Source: Bacteroidales bacterium (GTDB lineage: Bacteria; Bacteroidota; Bacteroidia; Bacteroidales; UBA932). From it: DNA of 64,000 nt. The position numbers and the translations under genes are program-made. Below the pieces are notes generated by a model. The model ran no database searches and was not told where the DNA came from. It saw only the letters and a list, made by a program, of their open reading frames with translations. The stretch spans positions 13,512-77,511 of the forward strand of contig JAKSJZ010000003.1 in the NCBI GenBank assembly GCA_024401995.1, read 5' to 3'. This document shows positions 48,334 through 60,710 of the stretch, piece after piece. The stretch's first letter is position 1, and every line of letters starts with the position of its first letter.

Positions 48334-48948
48334 TTATTTGAATAATCCGTACAACTCGGCATCAATCCTGTCCGTTATCCGGGCCAGATCCTCCGGATTG
48401 TGCTCGAAGTCAAGAGCATCCGCATCCACGACAAGAAGCCTGCCCGTATAGTCCGAGATCCACTTCTCGTAAAGATTGTTGAGACCCGTCAGATACTCCA
48501 GGCTCATACCCTGCTCATAATCCCGGCCCCTCTTCTGGATCTTGCGCACAAGCTCCGCAACGGAGGAGCGCAGGTAAATCAGCAGGTCGGGCTGGTGCAC
48601 GGTCGACGACATGACCTCGTAAAGCTGCATATAGGTCTCGAAGTCCCTGTCCGACATATTGCCCTGCATATAGTTGTTCGCGACGAAAACGTTGACGCCT
48701 TCCTGCAGCGTCCTGTCCTGGATGATGGTCCCGCGATTCCTGGAAATCTCCAGAATGTCGTGGAACCGCTGCGCCAGAAAGTAGGTCTCCAGGTTGAATG
48801 ACCAGCGGGGGATATCCTTGTAGTAATCCTCCAGATAGGGGTTGAACGTGACGGACTCGTACTGCGGGGTCCAGCCGTAACGCTCCGAAAGCAGCCGCGT
48901 GAGCGTAGTCTTGCCGCTGCCTATATTGCCTGCTACTCCGATATGCAT
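48334..48948 (-). CDS. Deoxynucleoside kinase (second paralog, possibly dGK-like)
   Basis: GNIGSGKTT, RWSFNLETYFL, DRTLQEG, RGRDYE; start ATG 48948. Confidence 0.92.
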   Translation of the reverse strand: MHIGVAGNIGSGKTTLTRLLSERYGWTPQYESVTFNPYLEDYYKDIPRWSFNLETYFLAQRFHDILEISRNRGTIIQDRTLQEGVNVFVANNYMQGNMSDRDFETYMQLYEVMSSTVHQPDLLIYLRSSVAELVRKIQKRGRDYEQGMSLEYLTGLNNLYEKWISDYTGRLLVVDADALDFEHNPEDLARITDRIDAELYGLFK

Positions 48949-48970
48949 CTTATAAGGGATTGTATTGACT

Positions 48971-49000
48971 ACAAATTTAACATTTCTTTCGTAAATTTGT
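48971..49000. promoter_or_regulatory. Divergent TAAATTTG -7 boxes forming an inverted repeat
   Basis: ACAAATTTA (48971-48979) and TAAATTTGT (48992-49000); 24 and 21 nt from the respective ATGs. Confidence 0.72.
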
Positions 49001-49019
49001 CCTGTTCGAGACATACAAA

Positions 49020-49721
49020 ATGACCAATATCCGAAGATTCAGTTTCAACCCCCTCTGCGAGGAATGTTCCGTGGTATGGGGGCCGGGAGCGAAAGACTGC
49101 GTCATAATAGACCCGGGCTCCAGCAACGCGGAGGAACGTGGCGTCCTTGACGGATTCCTGACCTCCCAGATGCTCCGTCCGGCAGCCATCCTGCTCACCC
49201 ACGCGCATCTGGACCATATCTGCGACTGCTCAAGGCTGCAGGAGGCCTATGACATCCCCATTTATCTCCACCCTGACGACCTCCCTACGAAGGACGAATT
49301 CGCCAAAATCGCCCCGACTTTCGGATTCCCCTCCGAATCGGCGCTCTTCAGGACCGTGGCGGTCAGTGACGGAGGCTCTGTCACGGAGGCCGGCATAAGT
49401 TTCAAGGTCATCCACACTCCCGGCCACTCTCCCGGAAGCGTCTGCTATCTTCTCGAGAAGGATGGAATTCTCTTCTCCGGGGACACCCTGTTCGCCGGCA
49501 CAATAGGGCGTACCGACCTGCTTTTCGGCGACTACGACAGACTGATGCGCTCCATAACGGACAAGTTGATGACCCTTCCGGACGGGACCGCGGTGCTCCC
49601 CGGCCACGGGGCCACAACTACGATAGCGGACGAGCGGAACGGCAATCCGCTGCTGGAGCCGTTCAACATAAAGGAGGAGGAGCCCGACCCGGACGCACCC
49701 CCAATCCGGATTCACCCCTGA
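49020..49721 (+). CDS. MBL-fold metallo-hydrolase (glyoxalase II/YcbL-like)
   Basis: IIDPG, THAHLDH, HTPGHSPG, FSGDTLF, PGHG. Confidence 0.92.
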   Translation: MTNIRRFSFNPLCEECSVVWGPGAKDCVIIDPGSSNAEERGVLDGFLTSQMLRPAAILLTHAHLDHICDCSRLQEAYDIPIYLHPDDLPTKDEFAKIAPTFGFPSESALFRTVAVSDGGSVTEAGISFKVIHTPGHSPGSVCYLLEKDGILFSGDTLFAGTIGRTDLLFGDYDRLMRSITDKLMTLPDGTAVLPGHGATTTIADERNGNPLLEPFNIKEEEPDPDAPPIRIHP

Positions 49722-49723
49722 TT

Positions 49724-52431
<2,708 letters not shown>

Positions 52432-52435
<4 letters not shown>

Positions 52436-53082
52436 CCACGGGCGACAGACTCATAATACTGAACACCACCCGCACGGGAGAGAAGTCGCTCGTCGTACAC
52501 GCCCTGAGCAGGGCCGGCGGAAGACGCGGTTACATAGTCAGCGCCGACAGCCGGTCCGGGGCGCTTTGGCAGCCCCTCAACATACTCGACGCCGAAGTGG
52601 TCGAAAACCCCAGGTCGGAACTCTGCCGACTGCGCGGGGTATCGGTGATTCACCCTCTGGAGGGCTTGAGAAGCAATCTTTACAAAAGCGCCATCGGGAT
52701 ATTCATCAGCGAGGTGATATGGCGGCTTGTCCGCGAAGGCCAGCCGGAGGAAAGCCTGTGGTCGTGGCTGGAGGGAAGCATCCTCACCCTGAACGCATTG
52801 GAAGCCGACTTTTCAAACTATCATCTCCGCTTCCTGCTGGAACTGTGTTCGACAATGGGGTTCAGCCCCTCCCGCGAGGGATTGGAGGGCTATGCCGGCA
52901 GGCACATCGGCAAAATATGCGAAATGGCTTCGTCCGACCTTGCCGGGGCGATGATGGTCCCCCTCAACGGCGGCGACAGAAGCGAAATCGCCGGGATACT
53001 TCTCAAATACCTCGGCGACCACTGCGAGACGTCGCTCAACATACGCTCGCTCCAGATTCTCAAGGAAATCTTCAGGGACTAG
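52432..53082 (+). CDS. recO: DNA repair protein RecO
   Basis: OB fold (GEKSLVVH..GRRGY), QPLNIL, GFSP, NIRSLQILKEIF ending typical of Bacteroidales; ATGA-coupled to uvrA. Confidence 0.82.
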
Positions 53083-53672
53083 CGGCTTTCAAGAAAAGCC
53101 TTCATAAGACGCAGGGCCTTGCCCCTGTGGGCAATGTCGTTCTTCACGTCCTCACCCAACGAGGCCATACTGCACCCGAATCCGTCCGGGACAAATACCG
53201 GGTCATAGCCGAATCCTCCGTCTCCGGACCTGGACAGGGCTATGCTCCCCGGACATTCGCCGTCGAAGAATGCCCTGCCGCCGGCGGTGATCAGCGTCAC
53301 CGTACAGTGGAAATGGGCCCTGCGGTCCCCAATTCCATCCATCTCGGACAAAAGCCTGTCGATATTGGCCTCGAAGTCGTGGTCGGCGCAAAACCCGGCC
53401 ATCGCCCCGTAACGGGCGCTGTAAATCCCGGGAGCCCCGCCCAGCGCATCTACGCAAAGCCCGCTGTCATCCGCAAAACAATCCAACCCTGTCGCCTTCC
53501 AGAGAGCCTCAGCCTTGATAAGGGAGTTCTCCCTGAAGGTGGAGCCCGTCTCCTCGGGCTCATCGGTCACGCCTACATCCGCGGGACTCAGAATCCTGTA
53601 TCCGTCGCCGAGTATCTCCGCGGCCTCGCGAAGTTTGCCCCTGTTGCCGGTCGCAAAAACGAGCGTGGTCAT
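53079..53672 (-). CDS. rdgB: Non-canonical purine NTP pyrophosphatase (RdgB/HAM1)
   Basis: FATGNRGKLRE, EETGSTFRENS..KA, ADDSGL, APGIYSARY, GFGYDPVF, HRGKA. Confidence 0.95.
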   Translation of the reverse strand: MTTLVFATGNRGKLREAAEILGDGYRILSPADVGVTDEPEETGSTFRENSLIKAEALWKATGLDCFADDSGLCVDALGGAPGIYSARYGAMAGFCADHDFEANIDRLLSEMDGIGDRRAHFHCTVTLITAGGRAFFDGECPGSIALSRSGDGGFGYDPVFVPDGFGCSMASLGEDVKNDIAHRGKALRLMKAFLESR

Positions 53673-55174
53673 ATCAGCGGACTTTTGAGCGCGGTCGCAA
53701 GCTGCCTGTCATAACGTATGTTGACAAGCGCTCCCGCGCGCTGGAAATAATACCTTACGACTATCTCCTCCTCGATGAACTGCGCTATCTCCTCCGGCTT
53801 GAAGCCCTCCTTGACCGCAGCCCTTCCCGCTTCCGGAGTCTTCTGAAGCGCAAATTCGAGGAAGTCATCGAAATCCGTGAACCGGAACTCGGCGGCCGGA
53901 GCTATCGACTCGTGTTCGCGCACGAACTTGATCGTGTACTGCTCCACTATACCGGACATCACCAAAGAGCGCGTAACCGTGCTGAACGTATCGACGGGGA
54001 TGTCCACGTCGGGTGTGATGCCGCCGCCGTCGCGCACAATGCGCCCGCCGGCCGTATGGAACTCGTGGGTAAGCGAATCGGGTATGTACTCCACGGAGCC
54101 GTCCTCCCCTCTCTTCGAATAGTCGATGGCCTGGACACAACGCCCGCTCGGGGTATAATACTTGGCCGTCGTCACCTTAAGCTTGCCGCCGTAAGGCAGG
54201 GGCCTGATGCTCTGGACCAGTCCCTTTCCGAAGGTGCGCCGGCCCATTATGGTGGCCCTGTCAAGGTCCTGGAGAGCCCCGGACACTATCTCGGAAGACG
54301 ATGCCGAAGCCCCGTCCACCATAACGACAAGCGGTATAAGCGTGTCAACGGGGTCCCTGTCGGTATGATAAGACCTGTCGCCGGTAAGCCCGTTGCCCTT
54401 CGAGCTGACAACCAGCGACCCCTTCGGTACAAAAAGCGAGACTATACCCACGGCTTCCGCAAGCAGTCCGCCGCCATTGCCGCGCAGGTCGAGCACCAGT
54501 TTCTTCATACCCTGTGCGCGAAGCTTCAGGAGCTCCGCCCGCAGGCTGTCGGCCACTCCCTCCGTGAAGCCGGTCTGGACAACGTAGCCCACCCCGTCCT
54601 CCAGCATCCCGGCATAGGCGATGTCGGGAAGATGTATCTGACGGCGCACAATCGTGATATCCTTCACCTCTCCGCCATACGCCTTCCTGACCTTGAGAGT
54701 GACCTTCGTATCGGGCACGCCCTTCATCCTGTCACTGCAATCCTTGGTCTCCAGCCCCGCCACGGTCCGGCCGTCTATCTCAAGGACCTCATCTCCGCAC
54801 CGCAGGCCCGCATCCGCTGCCGGGGAGCCTTCGTAGGGCTCGTTGATGATGACAGGGCCGTTCTTGTCCGGCTTGTAGATGACGGCCCCGAGGCCGCCGT
54901 AAGTCCTTGCTATCATCATCTGGAGGTCATCGTCCTCCTCCGCCGGAATATAGACCGTATAGGGGTCGATGCTCGCGAGCATCGCATCTATGGCAGCCCT
55001 CGACATCCTGTCCACCGGGAGGGTATCGACATAGCAGCGGTTGAGTTCCTTGAGCACCGCAGACTGTATCTCGGTCCACTTCCCCATCTTGAAACTCTGC
55101 GACTGGGCGGCGGCGCCGAAGCACACCGTTGCCGCAACCAGCATACAAACAATCTTCCTTATCATATTTTTCAT
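53669..55174 (-). CDS. S41 family C-terminal processing peptidase (CtpA-like)
   Basis: Signal peptide, DPYT, PDZ domain, DLRGNGGG, SASSSEIVSGALQD, TFGKGLVQ; start ATG 55174. Confidence 0.93.
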   Translation of the reverse strand: MKNMIRKIVCMLVAATVCFGAAAQSQSFKMGKWTEIQSAVLKELNRCYVDTLPVDRMSRAAIDAMLASIDPYTVYIPAEEDDDLQMMIARTYGGLGAVIYKPDKNGPVIINEPYEGSPAADAGLRCGDEVLEIDGRTVAGLETKDCSDRMKGVPDTKVTLKVRKAYGGEVKDITIVRRQIHLPDIAYAGMLEDGVGYVVQTGFTEGVADSLRAELLKLRAQGMKKLVLDLRGNGGGLLAEAVGIVSLFVPKGSLVVSSKGNGLTGDRSYHTDRDPVDTLIPLVVMVDGASASSSEIVSGALQDLDRATIMGRRTFGKGLVQSIRPLPYGGKLKVTTAKYYTPSGRCVQAIDYSKRGEDGSVEYIPDSLTHEFHTAGGRIVRDGGGITPDVDIPVDTFSTVTRSLVMSGIVEQYTIKFVREHESIAPAAEFRFTDFDDFLEFALQKTPEAGRAAVKEGFKPEEIAQFIEEEIVVRYYFQRAGALVNIRYDRQLATALKSPLI

Positions 55175-56025
55175 ATTGTACCCAATACAAGTATTACCAA
55201 ACCCGCCAGAACCGCCACCATAGCCGCCGCCTTGCCGCGCAGGCATCCTTCCTTCCAGACGACTGCGCTCACCGCAAAGGTCACCGCCACCGAAGCACGC
55301 CGCGCCACGGATATGACGGACAGGAGCGCCCCGTCGCAGTTCAACGCAAAGAAATACAGGGCGTCCGCACCTGTAATCAGGAGGGCGACCGCTATCAGCC
55401 ACCAGTCGAATGTCGGATGACCGTCGGAGCCCCTGCCGTCAAGCGCCCTGCGGCACAGCAACGCCGCTCCCACGATAGCGGTTATGTAAAGGTCACACCA
55501 ACTCTGCACCGCCAGCGGCTCCATCCAACGCATTATGTACTTGTCGAGCAGGGCGCTCGACACCCCGAACACGACGCTCAGAATCAGGCACACAACACCC
55601 TTCCGGCTGGTTCGGATATCTATGCCCTCCTTCTTCGACGAAAGGCTGGCCACCATAAGACCGGCAAGCACGAACACCGCCCCCACCACCTGCATAACCG
55701 ACAGCCTCTCGCCGAAAACCGCTATCGACAGGACGGCCACGAACATCGGCCGGGATGCCTTGACGGTACTTACCGTGGTAAGCGGAATCCGCCCCATCGC
55801 AATAAGCCCGGCCGTCCAGGACAAGGCCACCAGCAGAGACTTGAATATCAGAAGAAGATGGTCTGCGAAGGGAAGGCGGCAGAGAAACGGGGACAGCAGG
55901 AGCGCCGACAGCCCCGTCGAGAAGAACAGCACCCAAAGCACACCGTTGCGCTGGAGAGATTTCTTCTTCGCAACGTCGTACAGTCCCAGAAGGACTGCCG
56001 AACCCAATATGAGCCAAATCCACAT
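55171..56025 (-). CDS. EamA/DMT family transporter
   Basis: About 10 TM helices in two repeats; LGLYDVAKK, FGERL, WKEG. Confidence 0.87.
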   Translation of the reverse strand: MWIWLILGSAVLLGLYDVAKKKSLQRNGVLWVLFFSTGLSALLLSPFLCRLPFADHLLLIFKSLLVALSWTAGLIAMGRIPLTTVSTVKASRPMFVAVLSIAVFGERLSVMQVVGAVFVLAGLMVASLSSKKEGIDIRTSRKGVVCLILSVVFGVSSALLDKYIMRWMEPLAVQSWCDLYITAIVGAALLCRRALDGRGSDGHPTFDWWLIAVALLITGADALYFFALNCDGALLSVISVARRASVAVTFAVSAVVWKEGCLRGKAAAMVAVLAGLVILVLGTI

Positions 56026-56028
56026 ACC

Positions 56029-56955
56029 CTATCTGAACTTCCTGTCCTCCTCCAACATACCCAGGTAGGAGTTGTATCTTTCCGGAAAAATCTCCCCGGC
56101 GTCAACGGCCTCCTTCACCGCACACCCCGGCTCGTGAGTATGGGTGCAGGGGGTGAACCGGCAGCCTGCGGAGGCGGCAAGCATCTCGGGGAAATACTTG
56201 TAAATCTCCTCCTTCTCCAGATCCACCAGCCCGAATCCACGCAGCCCCGGCATATCTATTATGAACCCGCCGTTCCCGGAAGGGAACATTTCATATAGCG
56301 AGGTGGTATGGCAGCCTTGAAGATGGGAAACGGATATTCCTCCGGTCCTGGGGGAGAGCGCCGGGTTTACCGCCTTCAGCAGGGTGGACTTCCCCACTCC
56401 CGACTCACCGCAGAAAAGGTTGACTCCGGAAGAACAGAGGGCTTTCAATCCGTCCACTCCCTGCCCCTTCGCCGCCGACAGCGGGAGAACCTCATAGCCG
56501 GCAGACCGGTAAATTTCAACGAACCGCTCCACCTGCTCCGGGGCCTCCTCCGCATAAAGGTCAATCTTGTTCAGAAGGATGGTGACGGGAATATGGTAAA
56601 CCCCGCAGGTAACAAGGAGCCTGTCGAGGAACGGAAGCTTGAGCTCGGGGAAATAAAGGGTGCAGACGACAAACACACGGTCGAGATTGGACGCTATCAC
56701 GTGAGTCCTGCGGCTCAGGTTGGTGGAACGTCGGATAAGATAGTTGTCCCGCGGCAGCACCCCGTTTATCTGCGCCGGCGCACCGTTCTCCCCCTCGCAG
56801 TAAAGCACCCTGTCCCCCACGGCCACAGGGTTCGTGGAAGACGATCCGCCGAGGCGGACCTTCCCGCGCAGGACTGCCGGGAAAGGCCTCCACTCCGGAA
56901 GCGCGCTGAGTTCGTAGCGGCTGCCGGCATTCCTTACTACCGTGGCCTGTTCCAT
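56029..56955 (-). CDS. rsgA: Ribosome small subunit-dependent GTPase A
   Basis: NPVAVGD, NKID, GESGVGKST, G.HTT, DMPG, CRFTPCTHTHEPGC; start ATG 56955. Confidence 0.95.
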   Translation of the reverse strand: MEQATVVRNAGSRYELSALPEWRPFPAVLRGKVRLGGSSSTNPVAVGDRVLYCEGENGAPAQINGVLPRDNYLIRRSTNLSRRTHVIASNLDRVFVVCTLYFPELKLPFLDRLLVTCGVYHIPVTILLNKIDLYAEEAPEQVERFVEIYRSAGYEVLPLSAAKGQGVDGLKALCSSGVNLFCGESGVGKSTLLKAVNPALSPRTGGISVSHLQGCHTTSLYEMFPSGNGGFIIDMPGLRGFGLVDLEKEEIYKYFPEMLAASAGCRFTPCTHTHEPGCAVKEAVDAGEIFPERYNSYLGMLEEDRKFR

Positions 56956-56961
56956 ACGAGG

Positions 56962-56991
56962 CAAAGATACAATTTTTTATGGCTATATTTG
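56962..56991. promoter_or_regulatory. Divergent -7 boxes TATCTTTG (-) and TATATTTG (+), each 7 nt from an ATG
   Basis: CAAAGATA at 56962-56969 (ATG 56955); TATATTTG at 56984-56991 (ATG 56998). Confidence 0.75.
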
Positions 56992-56997
56992 CACGCT

Positions 56998-57966
56998 ATG
57001 ATCAATGAAAGCTTGACAGACGCCGCTCTCGAAAAACTCTTCGGGGGATTGGAATTCCGCAAGGAGCCGGCCGGCCTTTATGACCCGCTGAGGTATATGA
57101 TATCCATCGGGGGAAAGAGAATACGCCCCAGACTCTGTCTTATGGCATACGGTATCTTCCGGGACAGCTTCAGCGAGGAAGTCCTGTCCGCGGCGTCCGC
57201 CCTCGAGGTCTTTCACTCCTTCACGCTCATACACGATGACATAATGGACCGATCCCCCCTCAGACGGGGACGCGAGACGGTCTGGAAGAAATGGGGGCAC
57301 GATACGGCCATCCTGTCCGGAGACGTAATGCTGATAGACGGTTACAGGCGTATTTGCAAAGTGCAGGACAAGGTGAGGGCCGAAGCCGTCGCGCTGTTCA
57401 GCAAGACCGCTTCCGAAGTATGCGAAGGACAGCAATACGATATGGCGTTCGAGTCGCTGGAGAAGGTGGGGATGGACGACTACGGGAAAATGATAGGCCT
57501 CAAGACCGCCGTCCTGCTCGGGTGCTCGGCAAAGATGGGTGCCATCGTGGCCGAAGCGCCGCGCGAGGCCTGCGACGCCCTGTATGACTACGGCTACAGG
57601 CTTGGGATGGCCTTCCAGATAGCGGACGACTACCTTGACATATTCGGTGACGAAAAAGTTATCGGCAAACCCATAGGAGGCGACATCCTCAACGGCAAGA
57701 AGAGCTGGCTCACGACTCGCACTGCCATCCTCGATTCCTCCGCTCTCGGCAAAGTGTTCGCGATGGAGGCCGGGAACGGGAGCGCGAAGGCCGCCAAAAT
57801 CGAGGCGGCAAGGGAAGTGTACCGCCGTTACGGAGTGGACAGGGATGCGAAGGCGGAGATTGCCCGCTTTAAGGACCTTGCAATCGATGCCGCAAAAGTC
57901 CTCCCGGCCGAAGCCCGTGAAGGACTTTCGTCGTTTGCCAATGCACTTGTAGGGTGCGCCGGGTGA
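56998..57966 (+). CDS. Polyprenyl synthetase (IdsA/GGPP synthase-like)
   Basis: GGKRIRP, LIHDDIMD..RRG, EGQ, KTA, FQIADDYLD; start ATG 56998. Confidence 0.93.
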   Translation: MINESLTDAALEKLFGGLEFRKEPAGLYDPLRYMISIGGKRIRPRLCLMAYGIFRDSFSEEVLSAASALEVFHSFTLIHDDIMDRSPLRRGRETVWKKWGHDTAILSGDVMLIDGYRRICKVQDKVRAEAVALFSKTASEVCEGQQYDMAFESLEKVGMDDYGKMIGLKTAVLLGCSAKMGAIVAEAPREACDALYDYGYRLGMAFQIADDYLDIFGDEKVIGKPIGGDILNGKKSWLTTRTAILDSSALGKVFAMEAGNGSAKAAKIEAAREVYRRYGVDRDAKAEIARFKDLAIDAAKVLPAEAREGLSSFANALVGCAG

Positions 57967-59814
57967 TTATTCCACCAATTCGAAATCAAGCTGCCGCAGA
58001 TCCAGATTCGCAGCCCGTACCCTCACCCGAACCCTCCTGCCGAGACGCAGGATTTTGCGCGGGCAGTATGCGCGCGGTATCATCCCCTCTATCATAGTCG
58101 GCTCGATCCGGACAAATACGCCCCAGTCGGTAACCCCGCAGACCACACCGTAGAACTCACCTCCCACCTTGTCCCGCATGAATTCGACCATCTTGTACTT
58201 GATGCTCGTGCGCTCGGCTTCCGTTGCCACAATCTCCCTCTCGGAAGCATAGCGGCACTCCCCCTCAAGAACCCCCCGTGACATTTTCTCCCCTCCCTCG
58301 AGGCAGGATGAAAGAATCCTGTGGACCATAATGTCGGGGTAGCGCCGGATGGGCGAAGTGAAATGGGTATAATACTCGAACGCCAGCCCGTAATGGCCGA
58401 TATTGTCCGTCGAATAACTGGCTTTGGCCATAGCCTTGAGAGCCAGCGTCTCCAGGGCCTCGTGCTCGGGCCTGCCCTTGGATTTTGCGAGCATGGCGTT
58501 GAGCGAGCCGGGCGTATCCCTGCCGGTCTTAAGAATATAGCCGTAACCCTTGGCGAACTTCTTCAGGCTCTGGAGTTTGGCCTGGTCCGGTTCCGGATGG
58601 ATACGATACACCGAAGGCCGCCCGCCCTTGACGGCGATGTATTTTGCAACCGTCCTGTTCGCAAGGAGCATAAACTCCTCGATCAGCCAGTTGGCCTCGA
58701 CCGACTCCTTACGGTAAACGCGCAGGGGTTTCCCCATCCCGTCCACCTCCACCTTCATCTCCGGCTTCGAGAAATTGATGGCCCCCCCCTTGAGCCGGGC
58801 CTTTCTCAACCTCTCCGCCATAGCGTTCAGGCTGCGCAGCGCATCGTCAATTTCGGGCGAGACGCTGCGGCCGTTCTTTATGACAGCCTGCGCCGAACCG
58901 TAGTCGAGCCGCCTGTCGGAACGGATGACCGTCCTGCCCAACCAGCTGCGTACAACCGCAGCGTCCGGAGTCATCTCGAAAACGACGCTGAACGTGAGCT
59001 TGTCCTCTCCCTCACGAAGAGAACAAAGCCTGTTGCACAGCTTCTCGGGGAGCATAGGGACCGTGCGGTCGACAAGATATACGGAAGTGCCCCTGTTGCG
59101 CGCCTCACGGTCCACCGGGTCGCCGGGGCGCACGTAGAAGGACACGTCGGCTATATGCACCCCGACCTCGACATTGCCGCCATCAAGCCTGCGGAACGAG
59201 ACTGCATCGTCAAAATCCTTCGCGTCCGAGGGGTCTATGGTGAAAGTGAGCGCGTCACGAAAGTCCTTCCTGCCGCCAAGTTCCCGCCGGGAAATCTTCG
59301 CGCTGATGGCATCCGCCGCATCCTCCACCTCCTTCTCAAACCGGTAAGGCAGGCCGTATTCGGCGAGGATGGCATGCATCTCCGCATCGTTCCCACCCGG
59401 AAAGCCGAGCACGTCGGTAAGCCTGCCCTTAGGGCTGTCATCGCCCCTGTTCCAGCGTTCGACCCTTGCCGCCACCTTCATCCCGCGTTCGGCTCCCATC
59501 TCCTGCGCCTGCAGGAGCGGCACCTCGATGTCATAGGGCATCGACTTGCTCTGCATAAGCACCCAGGCGTGTTCGCCTACGGTATGCAGGATGCCCACGA
59601 ACGTGCGGTCGGAGCGCTCCAGTATCTCCACGATACGCCCCTCACGCTTCCTGCCGTAAGGAACGCGACGACCGGACACCTCGACGACAACCCTGTCGCC
59701 GTCAAGTGCCCCGAGGCTCCTCTGCGCTCTTACGAATATATCGTCCTGCCGGTCTCCGACTTCCACAAAAACGTCGCCGGAGTGGGTCATCGAAACCTTT
59801 CCTTCCTCAAACAT
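57967..59814 (-). CDS. rnr: Ribonuclease R (RNB family), shortened
   Basis: TIDPSDAKDFDD, HIADV, RGTSVY, LIEEFMLLAN, YTHFTSPIRRYPD, terminal S1 domain. Confidence 0.9.
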   Translation of the reverse strand: MFEEGKVSMTHSGDVFVEVGDRQDDIFVRAQRSLGALDGDRVVVEVSGRRVPYGRKREGRIVEILERSDRTFVGILHTVGEHAWVLMQSKSMPYDIEVPLLQAQEMGAERGMKVAARVERWNRGDDSPKGRLTDVLGFPGGNDAEMHAILAEYGLPYRFEKEVEDAADAISAKISRRELGGRKDFRDALTFTIDPSDAKDFDDAVSFRRLDGGNVEVGVHIADVSFYVRPGDPVDREARNRGTSVYLVDRTVPMLPEKLCNRLCSLREGEDKLTFSVVFEMTPDAAVVRSWLGRTVIRSDRRLDYGSAQAVIKNGRSVSPEIDDALRSLNAMAERLRKARLKGGAINFSKPEMKVEVDGMGKPLRVYRKESVEANWLIEEFMLLANRTVAKYIAVKGGRPSVYRIHPEPDQAKLQSLKKFAKGYGYILKTGRDTPGSLNAMLAKSKGRPEHEALETLALKAMAKASYSTDNIGHYGLAFEYYTHFTSPIRRYPDIMVHRILSSCLEGGEKMSRGVLEGECRYASEREIVATEAERTSIKYKMVEFMRDKVGGEFYGVVCGVTDWGVFVRIEPTMIEGMIPRAYCPRKILRLGRRVRVRVRAANLDLRQLDFELVE

Positions 59815-60709
59815 AACTTGTCAGGAGCTTCAGCCCTCCGGCCGAAGGCTCCAGCGTCAGACTCTTCTGGACCGCGTCCACAAGGAAGGCCTCGCCGGCC
59901 TGCGCCTTATGGCCGTCAATCTTGCCCGCACCCTCGACACACATAATCATAAGGCAGGTGTCAAGCCCGGAAAGGTCCATCTCATAAGGCTTCGTGAGCT
60001 CCAACAGCGAGGTGTTGAAATACTCGCACTCCACGAGCCTGTTCTCCCTGTCGGGAGCAGGGGTATAGGACGTGCGGTAACTGTCATACACCTTGTAGTC
60101 GATGGCATCCTTCGCAAGGGCCGTATGGAGTTCGCGCGGCTTGCCGTCCATCCCAGGACGACCATAATCGTAGATACGGTAGGTGATGTCGGACGTCTGC
60201 TGGATCTCGGCCAGATAAGTACCTCCGCAGATGGCGTGGATGCGCCCCGCCGGGAGGAAGAAGACGTCGCCCGGCGCGACCTTCTGGTCCGCGAGCACGC
60301 TTACAATCTGATCCTTCTCCACGAGTTCGACATACTTTTCGGGAGACAGGGGAACCGAGAGTCCGCTGTACAGGTGGGCTCCCGGAGCGGCCTTGATGAC
60401 ATACCACATCTCCGTCTTGCCGTGGGCGCCGTGACGCTCCTGCGCCAACTTCTCATCCGGATGAACCTGAATGCTGAGGTCCGCCTTGGCGTCGATGAAC
60501 TTCACCAGCAACGGGAATTCGTCGCCGAACTTCGCATAAACCCTGCGTCCCATAAGCTCCTCCTTCCTGAGAGCTATCAGCTCGTTGACCGAAAGGCCGT
60601 CATACTCACCTCCGGCCACCTTTGTAGGGCGCTCCGAATAACCGGACAGCACCCAAAGTTCGGAGCCCCACACCATAGGGCGAAGCACCGGTGTAAACTT
60701 GTAAACCAT
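59807..60709 (-). CDS. manA: Mannose-6-phosphate isomerase type I
   Basis: FPLLVKFIDA, LSIQVHP, GKTEMWY, PAGRIHA, EIQQTSDITYRIYDY, RELH. Confidence 0.92.
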   Translation of the reverse strand: MVYKFTPVLRPMVWGSELWVLSGYSERPTKVAGGEYDGLSVNELIALRKEELMGRRVYAKFGDEFPLLVKFIDAKADLSIQVHPDEKLAQERHGAHGKTEMWYVIKAAPGAHLYSGLSVPLSPEKYVELVEKDQIVSVLADQKVAPGDVFFLPAGRIHAICGGTYLAEIQQTSDITYRIYDYGRPGMDGKPRELHTALAKDAIDYKVYDSYRTSYTPAPDRENRLVECEYFNTSLLELTKPYEMDLSGLDTCLMIMCVEGAGKIDGHKAQAGEAFLVDAVQKSLTLEPSAGGLKLLTSYV

Positions 60710-60710
60710 A

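Noticed and set aside
56308-56997. Long N-terminal extension of the polyprenyl synthetase (552-aa ORF); similar extensions on the S41 peptidase, MerR, rnfD, the second dNK and the 41818 ORF
   Set aside because: The extensions overlap neighbouring real genes; downstream ATGs fit the family N-termini and promoter boxes
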